From NCBI RefSeq assembly GCF_009914755.1, contig NC_060932.1: 64,000 nucleotides of DNA. One strand, 5' to 3'. Shown here piece by piece: positions 41,444-55,705 of this stretch. The position numbers and the translations under genes were made by a program. Origin of the DNA: the human T2T-CHM13v2.0 reference genome, Homo sapiens. Position 1 is the stretch's first letter, and every line of letters begins with the position of its first letter. The notes under the pieces are model-generated. The model was not told where the DNA came from, ran no database searches, and saw only the letters and a list, made by a program, of their open reading frames with translations.

Positions 41444-42563
41444 AAACAGAGGGATTATGGAAAAATAAATAAATCTTGGATGGATCATCCTGGTCTGGGA
41501 AGGTTTTTCTCATCATCAGCCTTGTTGCCAGACATGAAAAGGAACAGGTTTACATCTTTAAAACACTTGGAGGAGTTCTTACTCTAGAATATGGATAAAA
41601 ATCTCCCAGTGACCCACTTAATCTTTTTTCATATGGCTGAGTTGAAACAAAGGAAAAACTAGCATTTTAGGAAGCTGGCAAGTTCTTTCAGGGGTGAAAT
41701 TCTACAAGTGTGCCAATAGAGAAGCACTTATCTAAGGAATGAGAAATAATTAGAGTGAAAGAAAATGAATTTTGGACACTATCCTAAAGGTAGTGTTTTT
41801 CTAAGCTAGTCATGAACTCACCCCCCGACCCCATCCCTAAATGTTTGTATTTGCTCCTAGCCTTAACCTCTTCCCTGTGAATAGCGTAGTCTAGCTGTGG
41901 ATTGAATCATAAGACATGTATCCACTGTGCAAGCAAATTTCTTCCACGGTAGGAAGTCTCCTCATTTATGTTTTCTTTGGAACTAACAGAGCCTAAAAGA
42001 CTAATGAATATCATAGGGAAGATGTGCTAGTGAGTAGAAGGAAGACTGCTAACATGGCATAAAATGAGGTGAATTTTTCCCCCAATTCCCAACAAAAACA
42101 GTAGCAAGAAACTCTCTACTACCAGCTTTTTGCCATGTCCTACATTACATTATTTGAGTTCATCCTTTGAGTCCTCAAAGGCTATATTAGGGTATGTTCA
42201 ATTGCGGTGTTTGAATCTCAGTGGTTTAATGCACTATGAGTTTATTTCTCATTCATGTCAAAGGCTAATGAAAATCAGATGGATTTACTTTAAAATCAAT
42301 GCCTCAGGGACCCATGTTTCTCCTATTTTGTGTTGGTGCCATCTTCAACTCATACCATCACTGTTGCTGACACAGTGGAAGACAGAGCACAGAGTACTGC
42401 CCAGGGAGTTTAATGCTGCACCTGGAAGTGCCATGAATCCATCCACTTGGACTCAACTTGCCTACAAAGAGACTCAGAAATGTACTTCTGTTTAATGTCC
42501 AGGAAGTGGATATAGGATTGATGAGCATGTAGCTGGTTTCAGCTCCAAAGACAGTTGAGTTTA

Positions 42564-43025
42564 TGGTAGATTGAAAAAAATGGCCACACTACTTTTGCAG
42601 CTCTTTCCTTTAAGAGATAACAACTATAACCCTACTTCTTCCACCTGGGCTAGCTTGGTGTTTTGCCTTCACCGATAGAATGTGAGTGAAGTGGCAGTTG
42701 CTAGTTCCAGAGCCTAGTTTTCAAGAGGCCATGCAGCATATGTTTTTGTCATCTTGGAATTCTGCCCGAAGGCTGCCATTTAAGGAAACTAATTCTAGCC
42801 TCCTGGATGATGGGAGGCCACATGGAGGAAAATCAAGTCACCCCAGCCAACAAGTGAAACTTCTAGCCCACTGACCCTTCTCCTGAAGGTAACTCAGCTG
42901 CATGAGTGGGCCAGGTGAAGTGAGGAGAATTGCACAGTCAAAGAACAGAATTGTGATAAATAATAAATTGTTAGTTTAAGTCACTGAATTTGGGATTTCT
43001 TATGTAGTAATGGACAATTGATACA
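42564..43025 (+). mobile_element. MLT1F/G/H-like LTR
   Basis: tggtagattgaaaaaaatggccaca...ttccagagcctag...cagctgcatgagtg...aagtcactgaatttggg...tgataca. Confidence 0.7.
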
Positions 43026-43977
43026 AGTTTAAAACTTTAAGACTAAAATGGGAGGGTCAACCTTTGTAGACCTGAAGCTGGTAGCTTTCAAAGGGGTGAG
43101 TTTGTCAGGGCTTTTTCAACCCTACCGCTAATCTGAGCAAGGCTTAGTAGGCATGTGGCTTTAGCTAGTATCCTAGAGGAGGATGGTGGTGGTGGTGGTG
43201 GTGATGGTGCTGGTGGGGTGTTAACAAGGGAAATAAAGAATTCCAAATAGCAGCTTACCAAACTCACAAATTGCTTCTGGTTTATGGTTTGGAAATATGA
43301 GTTATAAAAACCTAAATAGTGAAGAGAGCATTTTTTGGCCTGGGAGACATTTTGGTTAAATGTCTTCTGGAAACTTCTATAACTTTGTCACAGTGGAATA
43401 TGTTCCTTTTTAACAAATAGCATTATTTCCTTTATATGTATTAATTTTTCCATATTAAAAACACTTTTTACAGCTCCATGTATTGGAATATTTTACTTCA
43501 AAATTAATTTTGTTCTAACAAGACTATTAAGGGCTAATTTCATGTGTTACAGCACTTTTTATTTGAACTATCCCATTTTTGGAATATGCCTAAGTGGTTT
43601 TAATTTCAATTTATTTTCTCTTTAATGAAAAATACTTAGAAAGATATTTTAAAATTTATGACTATGTGTATATATTTTACTTTTGTTAACTTTTATTATA
43701 TAGTGATTAGAAGATGTGGCTAGCATAATTTCTGCCTTTTTGAAATTGTTAAAACCTTTTTGTGGCCTAATTCACATTTGAATTTTTTCTGACTATGTCT
43801 GAGTAAAAACAGATCTAGGCTTAGTTGAATTATATATATATATACATATATATATATATCTTCATTAAATCCAGCTTATTAATATTATTATGATTTTCTT
43901 CATGATTTATTCATTTATGTGAAACTAATGTTTAAGTTTCTTTATCTGACTATAGATATGAAACATTTTAAAATTAT

Positions 43978-44021
43978 ATTTTTATTTATTTATTTATTTA
44001 TTTTATTTATTTATTTATTTT
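43978..44021 (-). repeat. (TTTA)n tract, likely a decayed poly(A) tail
   Basis: Lies 18 nt downstream of a minus-strand AATAAA (tttatt at 44040-44045). Confidence 0.8.
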
Positions 44022-44427
44022 CCTGTAGACCACCAACCATTTATTGGAAATAAAATGACATCTGCTCATACATTAAGGATAAAAGCATTTTAAACAGACT
44101 TTCACTTAACTAAAGATAAATATAGGATTCATCATGGCACTCATTGTTACAGTCAACATATTCAAAGGAATCAAGCTCTAATGCTCTAATAATATCATTT
44201 TCACCTCTTCTATTGACCCAAATAATTTTGCTTTATTATATTAATGTATTGAAAGCTAAATACATTAAATTCTCTGAATATTAAAATTCTCTTCATTGCA
44301 GTGCCCATTTCTACATAATATTTTTTCTATTCCCATTGTCTGTGGGGCTGTGAGAATTCCCCATATCTATAACCCAATGCATCTTTTTACTGTATGTCTA
44401 AACTCCATTGCTGCTGGTTATATATAT

Positions 44428-44474
<47 letters not shown>

Positions 44475-44475
<1 letters not shown>

Positions 44476-44763
44476 TTTTTTGAGACAGGGTCTCACTCTG
44501 TTGCCCAGGCTGGAGGGCAGTGATGTGATCTCAGCTCACTGCAACCTTTACCTCCTGGGTTCAAAAGATTCTCCTGCCTCAGCCTCCTGAGTAGTTGGGA
44601 CTACAGGTGCCTGTCACCGTGCCAGGCTAATTTTTGTATTTTAAGTAGAGACGGGGTCTCAGCACGTTGGCCAGGCTGGTCTCAATCTCCTGACTTCAGG
44701 TGATCTGCCTGCCTCAGCCTCCCAAAGTGCTGGGATTACAGGCGTGAGCCACTGTGCCCGGCC
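44475..44763 (-). mobile_element. AluS SINE with (TA)/(CA) microsatellite at its tail
   Basis: Full antisense dimer ending tgtgcccggcc. Confidence 0.95.
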
Positions 44764-44884
44764 CGTAATATTTTTAATATATATATTTCTGTGACATTGA
44801 AAGTACTGGCTTTGCTCTGTGCTAAACTGCCACAAACAACTGTTAGGCTGATTTTCTCTATGTTCTCTTCTCTGCTTCTTTTAG

Positions 44885-45232
44885 TTTTCTTTTTTCTTTT
44901 TTTTTATTATACTTTAAGTTTTAGGGTACATGTGCACATTGTGCAGGTTAGTTACATATGTATACATGTGCCATGCTGGTGTGCTGCACCCACTAACTCG
45001 TCATCTAGCATTAGGTATATCTCCCGATGCTATACCTCCCCCCTCCCCACACCCCACAACAGTCCCCAGAGTGTGATATTTCCCTTCCTGTGTCCATGTG
45101 ATCTCATTGTTCAATTCCCACCTATGAGTGAGAATATGCGGTGTTTGGTTTTTTGTTCTTGTGATAGTTTACTGAGAATGATGATTTCCAATTTCATCCA
45201 TGTCCCTACAAAGGACATGAACTCATCATTTT
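44885..45232 (-). mobile_element. L1PA2-like 5'-truncated LINE-1 3' end
   Basis: Young-L1 diagnostics gtgcacattgtgcagg and ccactaactcgtcatctagc (GAG, not the L1HS-Ta ACA). Confidence 0.9.
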
Positions 45233-45644
45233 AACATTTGTTTTAAATATTTAGATGCTTCATGACTAAGTATATATCAGTTCTTGACTTACAGTATCAT
45301 CCTCAGGGATTAAAGCATTAGTGAATTTTTAAAAAAATTCTCTGATTAACCTGAAGCTTTTTCATTTCTATTAATATTATCATGTCTGTTTTTTTAACCA
45401 CTTTTTATTAGAACATTTTTTTCAATCTGTTTGCTTTCCATCTTTCCATGTCATACTGTTTGGAATGTCTTTTGTGAACAGCATATAACCACATGGTTTT
45501 CTCGTTCAGTTTTGTTCTTGGTGATTCAGTAAAAATCTGATATTGGACTTTATCTTTGTCCTTGGGTTTTGAAAGCCTGAAGAGCCAAATGGCCTCTTTG
45601 ATACCATTTCTGGCATTCCCGAAGTATGTGCAATCACATGATTA

Positions 45645-46125
45645 TGCAAGTCTTAGGATGGGTTCCCCGCAAAGCTGATCCTGAGAAAAGGATGTGAGTA
45701 TGAGTTATTTGTGAGGTGAGTCTATGAAACACTAGTTGGTGGGTGGGAAATGATACAGGAAAGGGAAGAAAGCCAATAAAGGTATATTATTGAATCTGTT
45801 ATTATGGTAACTAGATCTCAATTGTAGTGCAGAACTCTGGTGGATAGAGTAGACCACACCTCAGAGTAACCCCAGCTGAAATGTGAGTAGCTGAGGTATT
45901 TGTCCATCAAAACCCATCAATTATTGATGGAGGACTTTCTGAGGGTGTGGAGGGTATCTTAACATTTCAACCTTTCTGGCCTACGTTGTGCACAGGTTGA
46001 ATAGGCTCCTATGCTTGGAGAAAGCTTTCAAGGGAAGAGACCAAGGGCTCCTATCAGAAAACTTTATGTTGGCCTTCCCTGGAGCATGAGTGCTTACGGC
46101 ATTTGGGTGACATACCAACAGTGAC
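45645..46125 (-). mobile_element. LTR16-like ERVL LTR
   Basis: gggttcccc..aagctgatcctgagaaaagga...acaggaaagggaagaaagccaataaagg...agctgaggtatttgtcca. Confidence 0.6.
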
Positions 46126-46943
46126 ATTTGAATTTGTTGTCAATATCTGAGTATTCTAAATATTAATAGCTGATTATTTAATGTTTTAGTGTCAAAAAAC
46201 AAGCTAGATGCAACTTGCAAAAAAATCTTAAGAGCTCTACTTGCTGAAATGTTAAAAGTTCACTGAAATAAAATGTATATTCAATATTGAAAAATTTGTG
46301 ATTTTAAAGATGATTTTAAAAGTATGTTGATTCTATGTTAAATATAATTAAGAACTTTAAAATATTTTTAAAATATAAAAGCTGTCATTTAATATGAACA
46401 TTGAGAGTATTTTGGCTAGAAAAAATGGTGAAATTTATTATTTTTGAATCAAAAATGTATATAAAATTTAAATTATAAAAACCAAATAATAGAGATTATA
46501 TCTTAATTTTAATCTTTGTAAAATTATTAGTGTTCTTAATGGTAAACACTTAACCCCTGAGAACTTCACTTAATTTTTAATTATTTAATTTAATATATGA
46601 ATATTTTAAACAAAAAGAATATTTAGAAATTATTCACATGTGAAAATAGAATATCAATTTAGCTGTCTCAAATTATTAAGAGTTGGAAAGCTTTCAAACT
46701 CATCCCTAAAGCATCCAAGATATACATCTTGGGCCCAGGCTTCAAGACTTCAGGGGCAGGGAAAAAAAGTTTTTTATTTGTTAAAATTATAACAGTCCAT
46801 TGAAATATAAATGTACATTCATTATTATAAAATACAACCAGCAAGTATTGGAGAAAAGGGATTAGAAGAAAACATAACACCAAAATACATTTTGTTCATT
46901 CAAATCAAACTTTAAAAGAACAAGCTTTTCATGAATACTTTTA

Positions 46944-47232
<289 letters not shown>

Positions 47233-47549
47233 AATTCCTTATTGTTTTGAGTCTAGGATGCCTTTATTTTGGTTGTGATGAGACGAAAGAAAAGCTTAAT
47301 AACTTTAACTTTTTGGCAACATATCATTTGCAGCATTTTGTATCACAGAGCCAGTCAAATTGCTCTCCTATGGAAGGCACCAAAAAATAAGCTTTATTTT
47401 GTATTGCAAAGTGCAATTCACCAATGACCAAGGCAGCTGACAGGGCTGCAAAATCACTGTTCCTGTGCCATAATGTCAAATCTGTAAAATTTGGCCCCAC
47501 TTAAATTCTGCCAAAAAGAATAGTCACATACATCCTGCTGTGTGTGTGT

Positions 47550-48026
47550 GTGTGGTTTCTGACAACAAGCATTTATTCTCATGTTACTTGTTTGCAACTG
47601 ATGTGACCTAGCTTTCACTTCCGGGTTGAAAGAACAACTGGAGTTACTTAACTCCTTCCAGGAGTTATGGAACATGCAAGTTCTTGTTCTTGTCTTCGCA
47701 GTTCTGGAGGCTAGCAGTTCAAAATCAAGTTGTCAGCAGGGTTGTCCCTCCTGAGGACTTTCCCCTTGGCTTGCTGATGGCCACCTTCTCCCTATCCTCA
47801 CATAGTCTTTCCTCTATCCAGGCTCATCCCTGATGTCTCTTTGTGTGTCCAGATTTCCTCCTCTCCTAAGGACACTAACCAGATTAGGTGGGGGTACCCT
47901 CTAATGGTCTCCATTTAATTTTGTCACTTCTGTAATTGCCCTATCTCAAAATACAGTCACATTCTGATGTACTGGAGGTTAAGGCTTTATCATATAAATT
48001 TTGGGAAACACATTCAGCCCACAACA
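47550..48026 (-). mobile_element. MLT1B-like LTR
   Basis: cagttctggaggctag...taaggacactaaccagattagg...atacagtcacattctga...acacattcagcccacaaca. Confidence 0.8.
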
Positions 48027-48699
48027 CTCTCCCTTGGAGGTGGCAGATGTCATGCCTGCTCAAATGCTTTGGTCAGAGCAAGTCACATGATAATGAATGG
48101 GGCTGTATAATCCTCTCAGAGGGGAGGGAGGAAATTCACTTGAGGAATAATAGTGGCTTCTACTCAAGAATAGATTTGTTTATACTTTTGCTACTCCATC
48201 TTATGCAATTTAATTAAGCATACAAACCTATCAACACACCTACAAAGTTAACAGCCAAAACACCATAGAATTTTTGTAGTTTCTATATTCACCTTGGGAT
48301 GTCCAGGGATGGGGACTGCAGAGTGGTTGTAGAGGGTCTCTGACTCCATATTTATACAGGTTTTTTTGTACAGCACTTAAGTAATACATGGTTTAGCACA
48401 TATATTTGTAATAATAAAATAACTCAAGAATATAGGAAAATACAAGTACACAAAAAATAACATGAGACGTCCTCCGGTGCTTACTACCAGATTAACACTT
48501 TGCCGTATTTAATCTAGATATCTCCTGAGCTCCTGTATCTTAACCTATTTCTGTATTTGATTTATCATGTATCTATTCACCTCTCCATGCCTCTTTCCAT
48601 ATATCAATTTACCATTTTTAAAAACACACCCCAGTGTAAGTTTGAGACATCAACACATTAGCACTAAGCACTTCGGCATACAAATCCTGAAATAAATTC

Positions 48700-50330
48700 A
48701 ATTTTGGTTTTCATTCTTTATTCTTTTGACATAAGATTTAAATACAGTGAAGTGCACAAATCTTAAGGATGCTATTTGGTGAATTAAGATCAACATATAA
48801 CATGTAACTGTCCCCCAAAGCCTACCAAGTCATGACCATCATTCCAGAAAGCTCCTTTGTGCCCTTTCACAGCCAAGCCCAACCTTCAGTCACTCAAGAG
48901 GCAATCATTTCTGAATTTTTTCATTACAGGTTTTTATTTTGCTGTTTTAGAACTTCATATGAATGGAATAATTTAGTATTTAATCCTGCCTAAGGCTCCT
49001 TTCACTCAGCATAACATTTCTTTTTTTTTTTTTTTTTTAATACTTTAAGTTTTAGGGTTCATGTGCACAACGTGCAGGTTAGTTACGTACGTGTGCCATG
49101 TTGGTGTGCTGCACCCATTAACTCGTTATTTAACATTAGGTATATCTCCTAATGTTAGGAGATAACATTAGGTATATCTCCAGTGTGTGATGTTCCCCTT
49201 CCTGTGTCCATGTGTTCTCATTGTTCAATTCCCACCTATGAGTGAGAACATGCGGTGTTTGGTTTTTTGTCCTTGTGACAGTTTGCTGAGAATGATGGTT
49301 TCCAGCTTCATCCATGTCCCTACAAAGTACATGAACTCATCATTTTTTATGGCTGCATAGTATTCCATGGTGTATATGTGCCACATTTTCTTAATCCAGT
49401 CTATCATTATTGGACATTTGGCTTGGTTCCAAGTATTTGCTATTGTGAGTAATGCCACAATAAACACACGTGTGCATGTGTGTTTATAGCAGCATGATTT
49501 ATAATCCTTTGGGTATATACCCAGTAATGAGATGGCTGGGTCAAATGGTATTTCTAGTTCTAGATCCCTGAGGAATTGCCACACTGACTTCCACAATGGT
49601 TGAACTAGTTTACAGTCCCACCAACAATGTAAAAGTGTTCCTATTTCTCCACATCTTCTCCAGCACCTGTTGTTTCCTGACTTTTTAATGATCTCCATTC
49701 TAACTGGTGTGAGATGGTATCTCATTGTGGTTTTGATTTGCATTTCTCTGATGGCCAGTGATGATGAGCATTTTTTCATGTGTCTTTTGGCTGCATAAAT
49801 GCATAACATTTCTAAGATTTAGCCAATTTATTACATTTAGCTGATACTTCATTTCTTATTGTTGCAGAGTAGCACTTCATTGTTTGAATGTACTACAATT
49901 TATTTACCTATTTTCTTATTAATGGACACAGGCTATTTCCATTTCTTGGAAGTTATCGATAAATATGTTACAATTTTGGTAGACATATGCTTTCATTTCT
50001 CTTGGGTAAAAATTTAGGAGTTAATACCTAAAGTCATAGAGGAAGTACATGTTAAGTTTTCAGAAAAACTGCCAGATATTTTTTCCAAATTGGCTGTATA
50101 ATTTGACACTCCCACCAACAATGTTTGAGAGTTCAGATTGTCTACTTCCTTGCCAGCATTAGTGTTAGTCTTTTCACTTGGGGCCATTCTGGATGGTGTA
50201 TAGCAGTTTTTAATTATTTGTTAAATTTTATTTCTCTGATGACGAATAATGTTGAATAGTTTCTCATGTGCTTATTGGCCATTTGTACATCTTCTTTTGT
50301 AATTTATCTGTTCAAATATTTTGTTCATTT
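48700..50330 (-). mobile_element. Old L1M (L1MC/MD-like) 3' fragment hosting the L1PA insertion
   Basis: aagtgcacaaatcttaag...ttcactcagcata | tgctttcatttctcttgggtaaa...ctcccaccaacaatg...tgcttattggccattt. Confidence 0.7.
49021..49800 (-). mobile_element. L1PA (about L1PA3-5) 5'-truncated element with the ORF2 C-terminus
   Basis: ORF 49225-49809 gives [26 protein letters not shown]...[14 protein letters not shown]...MFSLIGGN; 13-bp TSD gcataacatttct at 49009-49021 and 49801-49813. Confidence 0.95.
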
Positions 50331-51073
50331 ATACCTCTAATTTTAACACGGAAACTTATTTTTTTTTTACTGGACTCTAATGAATTGATGAGTTTTTATT
50401 TGTTTCTCCCCCAGTTTCTATTATCCATGATTTGGAAGCTATGTATCCTGTTTTAAAATCACTAGGTGTTATACTATTGCAATGCTGTTTCTATAGTATT
50501 TTCAGTCTATTAGTATAACAGTCTATTTCAATACAACTAAATACTGTTTTGTTGTTGTTACACCATTTGTTTTATATTTTAACATCTATATGCTTAATCA
50601 TTTGTATCTTGAGATGCAACTGGAAAGTTATATAATGAATTAAAATTCTGATCAAATCTATATCTATCTATCCTTCTTTCTAAAGCACACTCCATTTAAA
50701 TCTTTTCAGGAAATATTATTTAGGTTTTAATTACCATTTCCATAAATCCCCTGGAGGTTTAACATCTTTTCTTTTGTTGATTAGCCACTTGTGTTTTTCT
50801 CAAAGGTCTCTGATGAAGTGATCATGGAGTGGAAATATATAAAAGGAAATAAGAAGAGGAGGTGATAGCAGGATTAGAGGAAGATAGAAGGGGAGAGACA
50901 GTCCTTGGCCAAATTCTTAGTCCTTCCCATAGAGCCTCATTGTTTTCACTAATTGAAAGCTAGATTTTCTCCACTAAACTCCCTTTTGTTTTTCTTCCAA
51001 GACCAAATCCATTATTTTAAAAGGAGCAGATTCTTTTTCCCCTGGGATAATTTATTTTACATTAAAACATCTT

Positions 51074-51491
51074 TGATATAGTTTGCATGTTTGTACCCTC
51101 CAACTCTTATGTTGAAATGTGATTCCCAATGCTGGTGGTAGGACCTGGTGGGAAATGTTAGATCATGGGGGTGGATCCTTCATGAATGGCTTAGCGCCAT
51201 CCCCTTGGTGATGAGTGACTACTCATTCTGAGTTCACAGGAGATCCGGATGTTTGAAAGACTGTGACACCTACTATGTCTTTCTCTGTCCCCTTCTTTTA
51301 CCATGTAACATGGCTACTCCCCCTTCACCTTCCACCATGATTGGAGACTTCCTGAGGCTTCACCAGGAGCAGATGCAACACCATGCTTCCTGTACAGCCT
51401 GCAGAATCATGAGCCAAATGAAACCTCTTTTCTCTATAAATTACCCAGCCTCAGGTGTTTCTATATAGCAATGCAAAACCAGACCAATACA
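51074..51491 (+). mobile_element. MST (MaLR) solo LTR
   Basis: tgatatagtttgcatgtttgtaccc...tgtacagcctgcagaa...ataaattacccagcctcagg...aataca; 5-bp TSD atctt/gtctt. Confidence 0.9.
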
Positions 51492-52139
51492 GTCTTCCCT
51501 AATCAACCTGCCTGGAACGACTAAAGGAAGGAGGATAGAATACCTTTAAGTATCAACTGCATTTGTCCTTTTTAAGGTGGAGTTGTATCTGAAGGCAGAA
51601 TTATGACCATATTGCATATATTTATGAATTATTTAAAATATTTATTAGCATTTAATACATTATCAACGTTAGTACATTACAATCCAACAATAATTCTGAT
51701 GCATTTAATGTCTATCACATTGTGTGTGCATTCTGCAAAATATGTATTGCCTAATGTGAAGGTATTTTTAGTTTATATAAATATGTTGTGAAATACGTGG
51801 GTTCTGCTTATTGTTTTTCACAAGTACAATGATTTTAATATCTATTCATTGGATGGTGACCTTTTACCACATATCTATTCACCTTCTTAGTGCCAGGTAA
51901 TCTGGATATACATTCTCCAATGTTTCCATTATAGGTGACAATATCTTTGGGATATAGATCCAAGAGTGGAAATTCTGAGTCACGGATTGAATGTCTATGT
52001 AATATGACTAAATTATGCCAGATTTCATCCAGGATGACTGTACTAGTCTTCAACATACATTGTCAGGGCTCAAGGACACTTACAATCCGTTGGCATTAAC
52101 TGGCTTTCTCATTTTGTTAGTCTACTATGTGTCTGGCTA

Positions 52140-53246
52140 TTGTCAAAAATTCATTGTTCTTGAGAGGGAGTTTCATGACTATAAAGCAAAAAGCCACTGA
52201 AAAGAAAAAGCGTGGCAAAGTGCCATAGTTTGTCTATTTGTCTTAGAAATATAATTTAGATGTCAGCTGATTGTCATAGGGACACAAATTAATACATTTA
52301 TTTGAGTTGATAACTAAAGTGAGGCATTTCCTTGTAGAAAGTGAGTCTGGAATCAATAAATTGGTTAGACAATGAGGGCTGCCTTTGCCAGTTATGTTAT
52401 TAGTGGATATTTTTCATAAGCTGAGTGAGTTCAATGGTAGCACCCAGGTTTTGAGGAAAGTATATTTAAGCCACATGATGAGATAAAGGCATTTTATTAA
52501 AAATTAATATTGCCAGAAGTGTACTGAAAATAGCAATATTTTGAGTTCCTTAAACCTTTCTGAGGACATTGGGTTAAATGGGGTTCTGCTGTGTGAAAGA
52601 CCAAGAGTCATTTAATAAGACTTGGTAAAACCTTTCTGGTGTATTTCCCAGAAAATGAATAACTTTCATGGCTGGATAACAAATCACCTTGCAGGTCAGA
52701 TTCTTTCCAGTTTTTGGCTTTCAACAAAATCAAAGGAAGAAATAACTAAGTTGTCAGTTGAGAAACTATTGAAAATAATTTTAAATGGTAAATGATAAAT
52801 CACTATATGAATTTTGTCATTTAACTTGGAGGAAATTCAAAGAAAAGGAGATGATATTGCTATAGAAAATTTCTCCCATCTCATTCTATTTATTGTGTTT
52901 TCTCAGAATTTACATCTATAAAAATGAAAAACAGGAATAGACGTGAGACTCAAAATAATCTTATTCTAGTATTAGGTCATACTCAGCCCTTATGAGCTAA
53001 TTGCAAAAACAAACAAAAACTCATCTCATTAACAGACATACTTCCACAAATTTTTTGTTTGATGAGTTTCAAAATTTTTAATGTATTTGTTTTTTTAATT
53101 GTGAACTAGTGCCTTTATGATACATTCCAGAAGAAATTTCTTAATACTTAAAACCTGAAATTATCATTTTATACTTTTATAAATATTTTTGCTATAGAAA
53201 AATATGGTAAGATGATCTTTTAAATATAGAAATATGTTATACTAGC

Positions 53247-53286
<40 letters not shown>

Positions 53287-53590
53287 GGTGGGGGTGGGGA
53301 TGGAAAATAAGTTCAAGGAGAAAAAGAAATGAGATAAAATTCCTGTTAAGGAAGATCTTGTTTATATATTTAAAAAATAATTGATGGCAAGTATGTATCT
53401 CTATGGCATTTAGATTTACTGGACATATTTAAAAGAGTGAGTAATCATATATTTTAAAATATCAAAATTTATAATACACCTAAAGTCACATACAATGTAC
53501 CTATTTAAACTTTCGATTTAAAAAAATGGAGACATCAACCTAAATACATGTGTTTTAGGGAGAATGTAGGTAAAACATTTTGAAGACCAC
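52140..53590 (+). mobile_element. hAT-Charlie transposon fossil (Charlie7-like)
   Basis: 52900-52941 encodes FSEFTSIKMKNRNR, resembling the Charlie/Buster hAT dimerisation-domain motif; ends tttgaagaccac. Confidence 0.6.
53253..53285 (+). repeat. (TG)n microsatellite
   Basis: tg run. Confidence 0.95.
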
Positions 53591-54457
53591 CAACCTAATT
53601 CACAAAGGCAGTAGAAAGCAAAGGAGGCATTTGAAGCCAGGTGTTTTGATTCCAGGTTTCAGCACTTGGTATCCATTACAGTTCCCTGGAGGGAAAATCA
53701 CATGGCAGCAGGATGCATCTTAGTTTCAGTTATTTTTCTTCACCAACCAATTCAGAACTTGAAGACAGGCAAGGATAGAATCAACATGCCCAGAGAACTG
53801 GGGAAAGACTGTCAGATCACAAATTGTAAGCATGCTTCTGCCTGGCACAGTGCCAGCCACATAATAGGTATTAATAGAAGTCGAATGAATAAATAAAGAT
53901 CACATGGCTTTCCTCATTCATTAATAAAGTTTCCTTAAAGTAGTTCAACTTATTATTGTGTTATGATCTAGGATCAATTTTGAGATTACTACAATATTAT
54001 AAATTTCAATAATGAGACAAATCTTAACAAAAATGTCCAAAATTTTCTGTGCCAGACTGATACCTATTCTTAAACTCAATCTGTATCAGAATGGCAGTTT
54101 GGAACGTTAGTGACTAATATTAAATTACCAAATGTAAGCCATATCCACATTAAATTCAGAACTGGGTCAACTCAATCCTTAAATAGTAAAAGACAGCAGC
54201 TTCTACCTTTACCTAATTTAATAAATAAGAGGGCTTTAAAATCAACTTTTGTTTGTGGTATGTAAAAATGGTATACAAGTGACTGAAATCAATGAATAAA
54301 CTCAATATAATTTAAACCATATGTCTGTGCTTTTACTCTTCCTCTTCACTGCTTTTTCTGCCTCCTCCTTTTCTTTTGATAAAGCAAACATACTGGGTTA
54401 AATTTTAGCGATTTTAATTTTTCAGAACCGTCTTTGGGATTAGGAAGGTTTGAGATG

Positions 54458-55705
<1,248 letters not shown>

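Noticed and set aside
49225-49809. 194-aa ORF, the longest in the window
   Set aside because: It is the C-terminus of L1 ORF2 in a 5'-truncated copy with no promoter; not a host gene.
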